Of a stretch of DNA of 64,000 nucleotides, positions 54,076 through 61,464 are shown in pieces. Origin of the DNA: an uncultured Acidobacteriota bacterium (GTDB lineage: Bacteria > Acidobacteriota > Vicinamibacteria > Fen-336); contig CAVTBK010000004.1 in the NCBI GenBank assembly GCA_963732935.1, positions 258,327-322,326 on the forward strand, given 5' to 3'. The notes beneath the pieces were generated by a model. It was not told where the DNA came from. It saw only the letters and a program-made list of their open reading frames with translations, and did not search any database. Position numbers and translations under genes: made by a program. Position 1 is the first letter of the stretch. The number at the start of each line of letters is the position of its first letter.

Positions 54076-57000
54076 ATGGACTTTATCCGTGGCTTCCGCT
54101 TGGCGGCGGTGGCGGCCCTGGTGGGGCTGCTGGTGCTGGCGGGCGGAACGTCGATACAGGCGCAGACGACCAGCGCGTCGGTGTCGGGCACCGTCAAGGA
54201 CTCCCAGGGAGGGGTCCTGGCCGGCGCGACCGTGACGCTGACGAGCCGCACCCAAGGCAGCACGCTGACGGCCATCGTGAACAGCGCCGGAAGCTTCGCA
54301 TTCCCGATCGTGCGTCCGGACACGTACACGCTCCGGGTGACGATGGAAGGCTTCAAGACGCTGGAGCGCGACAACCTGGTGGTCAACGCGAACGACCGGC
54401 TCTCCGCCGGCAACCTGGTCCTCGAGGTCGGCTCGCTCACCGAGAGCGTCACCGTTTCCTCGCGCGTCAGCGAGCTGCAGTCGACTAGCGGTGAGCGCTC
54501 GTACACCCTGGAGAGCGAAGCGATCAGGGACATCGCCTCCAACTCGCGCCAGTTGTTCAACTACGCGCTGCTCGTCCCTGGCGTCGTCTCCACCGACACC
54601 AACGCCGGCACCGAGCGGACCCAGGTGTCCAGCATCGTCGTGAACGGCCAGCGGGAGACCTCCAACAACGTGACGGTCGACGGTGTCGCCAACATCGACA
54701 CGGGCGACAACGGCGGCAACATGGCCGTCACCAACACCGAGGCCATCGCCGAGTTCAAGGTCCTGACGAGCTCGTACCAGGCGGAATACGGACGCGCGGT
54801 CGGCGGGCAGGTGCAGATGGTGACCAAGAGCGGGACCCAGTCCTTCCACGGCTCGGGTTACTGGTTCGGCCGCCGCTCCGGCTGGAACGCCAACAGCTGG
54901 ACCAACAAGCGTGCCGGGGCGCCTGCGCCGGTCGGCAACGGCGCGGTGATCGAGCCACCGACGGCCACGCGTGACGACTTCGGTTTCACGATCGGCGGCC
55001 CGATCTACATCCCGGGCCTCTTCAACACGGACAAGAAGAAGCTCTTCTTCTTCTGGAGCGAGGAGTTCCAGAAGCGCAGCAGCCCGCCGTCGCAGCGCAC
55101 GGCGCGCGTGCCCACCGCCCTCGAGCGGGCAGGGGACTTCTCCCAGAGCGTCGACAACAGCGGCAACCCCTATCCCTACATCCGCGACTACACGACCGGC
55201 CTGCCCTGCAACGCCAGCGATACCCGCGGCTGCTACCAGGACGGCGGCGTCGTCGGTAAGATCCCCGCGAGCCGCCTCTATGCTCCCGGCCTCGCCGCGC
55301 TCGGCCTCTTCCCCTCGCCGAACTACACCTCCGGCGGCGGCGTCAACTACACGAGCCAGGACTCGGACAGTTCGTCACCGCGTTCGGACCTGATCCGGCT
55401 GGACTTCCAGCCCAGCGACAACTGGCGCGTCACCGGCCGCTACATGCAGACCAAGAACGACACCACCCAGGCGTACGGCACCCCCTGGGCCGGTAACGGC
55501 AGCTACCAGGTCCCGATGGCAGTGCTCTTCAAGAACCCCGGCTACAACTTCATGGTGAGCACCAGCGGCATCCTCAACAACTCGACCTCGCTCGAGCTGA
55601 GCGTCGGGACCGCGCACAACTCGCTCAACTACGAGATGCAAGCCCAGCAGCTGTACCGGGCGAACTCGGGGCTCAGCGACTTCCCCTACCTCTATCCGGA
55701 CGCCGTCCAGGCCGACTACGTCCCGTTCTTCCAGTTCGGCGGCACGAACATCGGAAACCAGGCCGAGTACCAGACGAACAACGGCCCGTTCGCCAACTAC
55801 AACACGACCTGGGACGTGGTCGCGAACCTGACGAAGATCTGGGGAGCGCACAACTCCAAGTTCGGCATCTACTTCCAGAGCAGCAAGAAGCCCCAGACGA
55901 TCTTCTACAGCTTCAACGCCCAGGTGGACTTCGCCGGCAACCCGAGCAACCCCTACGACACGAGCCTCAGCTACGCCAACGCGGCGACCGGGGTGTTCAA
56001 CACCTACACCCAGGTCAACAAGTACTCGATGCCGAAGTGGGAGTACAAGAACCTCGAGTTCTACCTCCAGGACAACTGGAAGGCCAGCTCCAGGCTCACG
56101 CTCGACTACGGCGTGCGCTTCTACTACATGACGCCGCAGTGGGACGTGGATAAGGGCGTCTCGAACTTCCTGCCCGACAAGTACGACCCCAGCAAGGCCG
56201 CGCAGCTCTACGCCCCGGCCATCGTCAACGGCGTGAAGGTCGGGCGCGATCCCGCCACGGGCCAGACGGTCGACGCGCGCTTCATCGGCCGGCTGACCCC
56301 GGAGTCGGACCGGTTCAACGGAGCCTTCGAGGCCGGCCAGGGGATCTCCGACACGGTGCAGAGCGGGAGCGTCTTCAAGGTGTCTCCTCGCCTCGGCTTC
56401 GTGTTCGACCTCACTGGGAAGGGCGACACCATCGTCCGCGGGGCCGGCGGGATCTTCTACGACCGCCCGATGGGCAACATCGACTTCGACATGGGCGGCA
56501 ACGCGCCGAGCGTCCTGAACTCCACCCTCCAGTGGGGGCAGCTGCAGAACCTCAGCGCTGCGCAAGGGGACCCCAACGCGCCGCTGTCGCTGTCCCCGAC
56601 CGCCTACGACTTCAACCCTCCCAAGGTCTACGCCTGGAACATCGGCCTGCAGCAGAAGCTGCCGGGCAAGGTGATCTTCGACATCGCCTACGTCGGCTCC
56701 TCGTCGAAGAACCTGGTGCGCAGGTCGCAAATCAACTCGCCGGCGCTGGGCGCCACCTTCGACCCGGCCAACCAGGACCCGACGAAGCCCGCAAACCTCA
56801 ACGGGAGCTCCGCGCTGCCCACCGACTTCCTGCGGCCCTACCCGGGCTACTCCAACATCAATGCCTATGACTACTCGGGCTTCTCGAGCTACAACTCGCT
56901 GCAGACGTCGGTGCAGCGGCGGTTCGACAACGGGTTCATGTTCGCGGTCTTCTACGTCTGGAGCAAGAACCTCACGACCAACACCTCGGACTACACCTCA

Positions 57001-57680
57001 GACGGAGTGCCCGGGGGCGTCGTGGGCGACCACGCCACGATCAGGCAGTACGACTACTCGTATTCGAACTGGGACCGCCCGCACAACTTCGTCATCAACG
57101 CCATCTACCAGACGCCGAAGGTGACCGACAACGCTGCGCTCGGTCTCCTCGTGAACGGGTGGCAGCTCTCGGGGGTCTACCGCTTGACGAGCGGTCAGGC
57201 CTACCCGATCACGTACGCGATCTCCGGCGTCTCCAACGACAACCTGACCGGCACGAGCATGCCTGCCGCCCGCATCGTCGTCACCTGCGATCCGGGCGGC
57301 GGCACGAGCAGCGATCCTTACAAGCAGTTCGACACCTCGTGCTTCGCTCCGCCGCAGCCGGGCAGCAACGGCAACGAGTCGGCCCGGCGCTTCATGCACG
57401 GGCCGTGGACCAACAACCTCGACCTGTCGATCTCCAAGTCCTTCACGTTCTACAAGGACCTGAAGCTCGAGGTGCGCCTGGACGCCTTCAACGCGCTCAA
57501 CCACACCCAGTTCACGGGCGTCAACGCCAATGCCAACTTCAACAGCACGAGCGACCCCACGATCACCAACCTGCCCTACAACTCGGCCGGGGCAATCTGG
57601 TCAACGTCAACGGGTTCGGCGCCATCAACGGTGTGGCATCCCCGCGGACGATCCAGCTGGTCACGCGGCTGACGTTCTAG
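54076..57680 (+). CDS. TonB-dependent outer-membrane receptor-like protein with an N-terminal CarboxypepD_reg domain (Acidobacteria type); apparent 1-nt frameshift near 57588
   Basis: ATG 54076 (GGGAGG). Signal peptide, then CarboxypepD_reg …VSGTVKDSQGGVLAGATVTLTSRTQG…RPDTYTLRVTMEGFKT…, a plug-like region, and a very long beta-barrel. The expected C-terminal …GNLVNVNGFGAINGVASPRTIQLVTRLTF* is in the +1 frame from ~57590. Confidence 0.8.
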
Positions 57681-57796
57681 AAGCAGCCTGATCGTCGACT
57701 GTACCTGGGGTCGGCGCTCGTCCGGAACGAGCGCCGGCCCCATTTCCTTCTCGGCGCGACCGCAGCGCCGATCCACTGTAGAATCGCCGGACGGTG

Positions 57797-58261
57797 ATGC
57801 GCCTTCTCCTCCCCCTGCTCGCTCTGCCCCTGGCCGTGCTGCCGGCGCCGCCACCGGCGCCCCTCGCCCCCGGCGCCTGGCGTGGGGTGGCGGTCGCCGA
57901 CGTCGACAACGACGGCACGCCGGAGATGGCGGTGTCGCGGCTGAACGGCGCCGCTGCTCTCTTGGTGAAGAGGGGCGGGCCGGTCCACAACTGGATCCTG
58001 CTGGACCTCGAGGGCCGCCGGAGCGACCGCGACGCCATCGGGGCGCGGGTCCGCCTGGTGCTGCCGTCCGGGCGCACGCTGCACCAGCACGTGACCACCG
58101 CGAACGGGATCTACTCGGCCAGCGACAAGCGCCTGCTCTTCGGGCTGGGCACGGAGACGGCGATCGCCACCATCGAGATCGTCTGGCCCAGCGGCATCGT
58201 GCAGACGCTTTCGAACCAGGCCGTCAACCGGGGGATGCAAGTCGTGGAGCCGACGAATTGA
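57797..58261 (+). CDS. Small secreted protein with one FG-GAP/VCBS-like motif and an ASPIC/UnbV-like C-terminal domain (a minimal CRTAC1-like protein)
   Basis: Signal peptide MMRLLLPLLALPLAVLPAPP. VADVDNDGTPEMAV. …RSDRDAIGARVRLVLPSGRTLHQHVTTANGIYSASDKRLLFGLGTETAIATIEIVWPSGIVQT… resembles the UnbV_ASPIC domain that ends the two large downstream proteins. Confidence 0.6.
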   Translation: MRLLLPLLALPLAVLPAPPPAPLAPGAWRGVAVADVDNDGTPEMAVSRLNGAAALLVKRGGPVHNWILLDLEGRRSDRDAIGARVRLVLPSGRTLHQHVTTANGIYSASDKRLLFGLGTETAIATIEIVWPSGIVQTLSNQAVNRGMQVVEPTN

Positions 58262-59316
58262 GGGCCGCCGCCCGGACGCGCTCACGGCTGGGGACGGCCG
58301 TGGCCCTGTTTCTGGCCGCTGGGTTCCCGGTCTCCGCGCCGGCGGCTCAGGCGAAGGCAGCGAGCCGCCAGGCCGTCGCCCACACCTCCCCCGACCGGCG
58401 GGCCCTGGACGCGGTCTACGTCCTCATCCAGCAGCGTCGCTTTGCCGAGGCGCGAACCCGCTGGAAGCCGATCGCCGAGCGAGTGCAGCGGGACGTGAAG
58501 GCCTCGTCCGGGCGCAGCCTGGCGCCTGTGGCGCGGCAGGAGCTGCAGCGCCGGTACGCGGAGGTCGTCTTCATCCAGGGCCTGCTCGAGGCGCGGCTCG
58601 GCCGCCGGGAGGACGCGCTTGCGCAGCTCCGCCAGGCCGACGGCTACGGCTTCCCGCCACTGGACTCGCCGCTCATGGGTCTGGCCGGTCAGTGCCTGCT
58701 CGAGCTGCGGGAGCCGGCGTTGGCCTCGCAGGCCTATGGCGAGCGGGTGAAGGCTGCGCCAGCCGACAGCGAGGCACGGCTGGGGCTGGGGGCGGCGCTG
58801 CTGGCCAAGGGCGACCTGACGGCCGCCGAGCGTGAGCTGCGCGAGGTGCTGAGGCGCCGGCCGGAGCAACCGCAGGCGGAGTACTACCTGGGGGCGGTGC
58901 TGGCCGAAGAGCGCCGCGGCGCGGAAGCCAGGGGGCACCTGCAGCGGGAGCTCGCCCGCGACCCACGCTGCGTCGGCTGCCTGGCCCGGCTCGGGCTGGT
59001 CGCCTACCTCGAGGGGGACGACGCGGCGTGCGAATCATGGTTGGGCAAGGCGGCGGCGCTCGACCCGGAGGACGTCGACACGAACATGATCTACGGAATG
59101 CTCTACAACCGGACCGGCCGGCCCGCGCTCGCCGTCGAGCGCCTGTCGCGGGTCGTCCAGCGGACGCCGGCCTACACCACGGCACAGTACCAGCTGGCGA
59201 TCGCGTACCAGCGCGCCGGCGATCCCACCAAGGCACGCGAGCACCGGGCGATCTACGACCGGCTGATCGCGGAGCAGAAGGCGAGGACCCTGGGCGTGCG
59301 CGGGTCGGAGCAGTAG
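58258..59316 (+). CDS. Secreted TPR-repeat protein, paralogue of 15394-16734
   Basis: TTG start at 58258 overlapping the upstream stop (TTGA). Signal peptide MRAAARTRSRLGTAVALFLAAGFPVSAPAAQA. Shared paralogue motifs are listed under the first TPR gene. Confidence 0.8.
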   Translation: MRAAARTRSRLGTAVALFLAAGFPVSAPAAQAKAASRQAVAHTSPDRRALDAVYVLIQQRRFAEARTRWKPIAERVQRDVKASSGRSLAPVARQELQRRYAEVVFIQGLLEARLGRREDALAQLRQADGYGFPPLDSPLMGLAGQCLLELREPALASQAYGERVKAAPADSEARLGLGAALLAKGDLTAAERELREVLRRRPEQPQAEYYLGAVLAEERRGAEARGHLQRELARDPRCVGCLARLGLVAYLEGDDAACESWLGKAAALDPEDVDTNMIYGMLYNRTGRPALAVERLSRVVQRTPAYTTAQYQLAIAYQRAGDPTKAREHRAIYDRLIAEQKARTLGVRGSEQ

Positions 59317-59388
59317 CGTGGCGCGCGCGCGAGGACGGCGACCCTTTCGCTCGCCCTGGCCCTGCTGCCGGCCGCCGGGCTCGCCCTG

Positions 59389-61464
59389 GTGGCGCTGACG
59401 GCGGCGGCGCCGCCCGACGCCGCGGAAACGCCGGCGATGCAGATCCAGAAGCGGGCGATCGAGCGGCTGCGCGAGGCTTCGCGGGCGGCGACCGTGGGCG
59501 ACGGAGCCGGCTTCTCGCAGGCCCTGCGCGACGCCAGCCGTGAGGTCGGCAGCCTGCTCGAGGCGGCCCCGTCGCTGCCGTCGTCCGTCCGCGAGGGTCT
59601 CCGCACGACGGCGGCCGGGCTGGACGCCCGGGCAAGGTCGGGACCGACCGGCTACTCGGTCGACGCGGACCTCGCGGCCATCGACCGCGCCGGCTACTGG
59701 CTGCGCAAGGGCGGCGGTGCCGGGCTCGAGCTGCAGGGCAGCTTCGCGCGGGGCGAGCCCGGGGCACCCGAGGAGCCGGCCTATGGCGGCCACGCCACCG
59801 CAATGGGGCCGCCGCCGGTGGAGATGCCCGCCGCGGCCGGGCCGGAGGCGACGACGATACACTTCGAGCCGGTGCGCGGACAGCTCACGGAGTACACCTT
59901 CGGCGGCGGCCCGTCGAAGCTGCACCTCGTCGAGTCGGGGGGCAACGGCGTCGCCCTGCTCGACTACGACGGTGACGGCCTCCAAGACGTCTACGTGGTG
60001 AGCGGCCCCGAGCTCGACGAGAGGAACGGCCGCAGCCTCGTCCCTCACCGCAACGCTCTCTACCGCAACCTGGGCGGGATGAAGTTCGAGAACGTCGCGG
60101 CCCGGGCAGGTGTCGACGGGGCCTCCTGGGGCTACGGCGTCTGCTCGGGCGACTCCGACGGCGACGGCCGGCTCGATCTCTACGTCACGAACTACGGACC
60201 GAACTACCTGTACCGCAACAAGGGGGACGGCACGTTCGAGGAGGTGGCGGCGAAGGCCGGCGTGGCCGCGGAGGGCTGGAGCACCGGCTGTGCCTTCTTC
60301 GATGCCGACGGCGACGGCGATCTCGACCTGTACGTGGCGCGCTACGTCACCACCTCGTGGGACGAGGTGCTGAACCCGCGGCTGTTCCTGACCTGGCGCG
60401 GGGTGGCCAAGGTGATGCTCGGCCCGGCCGGACTGCCCGGCGCCGACGATCTCTACTTCGAGAACCGCGGCGACGGCACGTTCGTCGAGAGGACCGTGCC
60501 GATGGGCCTCACCGACACCATCCACGGCTACGGGTTCGGGGTGCTTGCAACGGACTACGACGGCGACGGCTGGACGGACATCTTCGTGGCCAACGACTCC
60601 AACCCGGACTTCCTCTACCACAACCGCGGCGGCCACGGCTTCGAGAGCGTCGGCCTGACTGCGGGCGTCTCCCTGACCGTCGACGCCCGCGCGCAGGCCG
60701 GCATGGGCGCCGACTCTGGCGACTACGACGGCGACGGCCGGCTCGACATCGCGGTGGCCGCCTTCGCCTTCGACCACAACAGCCTGTACCACAACCTGGG
60801 CGACGGCGGCTTCGAGGACGTTTCGCAGCGGGCCGGCCTGGCGACGCCGGATCCGCAGCAGCGGATGACCTGGGGCCTGGCCTTCCTCGACGCCGACCTC
60901 GACGGCGATCTCGACCTTTTCTTCGCCCACGGGCACCTGTTCCCGCAGGTCGACGAGTACCCGGCGCTGCACGAGAGCTACGCGCAGAAGAACCAGATCC
61001 TCCAGAACGAAAACGGCAGGTTCCGCGACGTCTCCGCCAGCGCCGGCCGGGGGCTGGCGGTGCTCAAGTGCAACCGCGCGGTCGCGGTCGGCGACCTCGA
61101 CAACGACGGCGATCCCGACCTGGTGGTGAGCGCGATGGACGAGCCGCCCACCCTGCTCGAGAACACGCAGCGCACAGGCAATCACTGGCTGGGAGTGCAG
61201 CTGCGCAAGCCGAGCGGCAACCGCTTCGCGATCGGGGCGCGGGTCACGGTCACCGCCGACGGTCGCCGGCAGGTCCGCGAGGTCCGCTCGGGGGGCGGCT
61301 ACCTGTCGCAGAACGACCTGCGTCCCCTGTTCGGCCTCGGCCGATCGACCGCACCGGTCACCGTCGACGTGCGCCTCGGCCAGGCCAGCTGGCGCTGGAC
61401 CGGCATCGCGCCCGATCGCTACGTCACCCTGGACCTGGACGACGCGCACCATGTCGAGCAGTAG
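59389..61464 (+). CDS. CRTAC1-family protein (FG-GAP/VCBS repeats + ASPIC/UnbV C-terminal domain); true start possibly GTG 59317 via a frame break
   Basis: Repeated DxDxDGxxD loops (DYDGDGLQDVYVV; DSDGDGRLDLYVTNYG; DADGDGDLDLYVARY; DYDGDGWTDIFVANDS; DYDGDGRLDIAVAAF; DADLDGDLDLFFAHG; DLDNDGDPDLVVSAM). C-terminal …GNHWLGVQLRKPSGNRFAIGARVTVTADGRRQVREVRSGGGYLSQNDLRPLFGLG…. Confidence 0.8.
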   Translation: MALTAAAPPDAAETPAMQIQKRAIERLREASRAATVGDGAGFSQALRDASREVGSLLEAAPSLPSSVREGLRTTAAGLDARARSGPTGYSVDADLAAIDRAGYWLRKGGGAGLELQGSFARGEPGAPEEPAYGGHATAMGPPPVEMPAAAGPEATTIHFEPVRGQLTEYTFGGGPSKLHLVESGGNGVALLDYDGDGLQDVYVVSGPELDERNGRSLVPHRNALYRNLGGMKFENVAARAGVDGASWGYGVCSGDSDGDGRLDLYVTNYGPNYLYRNKGDGTFEEVAAKAGVAAEGWSTGCAFFDADGDGDLDLYVARYVTTSWDEVLNPRLFLTWRGVAKVMLGPAGLPGADDLYFENRGDGTFVERTVPMGLTDTIHGYGFGVLATDYDGDGWTDIFVANDSNPDFLYHNRGGHGFESVGLTAGVSLTVDARAQAGMGADSGDYDGDGRLDIAVAAFAFDHNSLYHNLGDGGFEDVSQRAGLATPDPQQRMTWGLAFLDADLDGDLDLFFAHGHLFPQVDEYPALHESYAQKNQILQNENGRFRDVSASAGRGLAVLKCNRAVAVGDLDNDGDPDLVVSAMDEPPTLLENTQRTGNHWLGVQLRKPSGNRFAIGARVTVTADGRRQVREVRSGGGYLSQNDLRPLFGLGRSTAPVTVDVRLGQASWRWTGIAPDRYVTLDLDDAHHVEQ

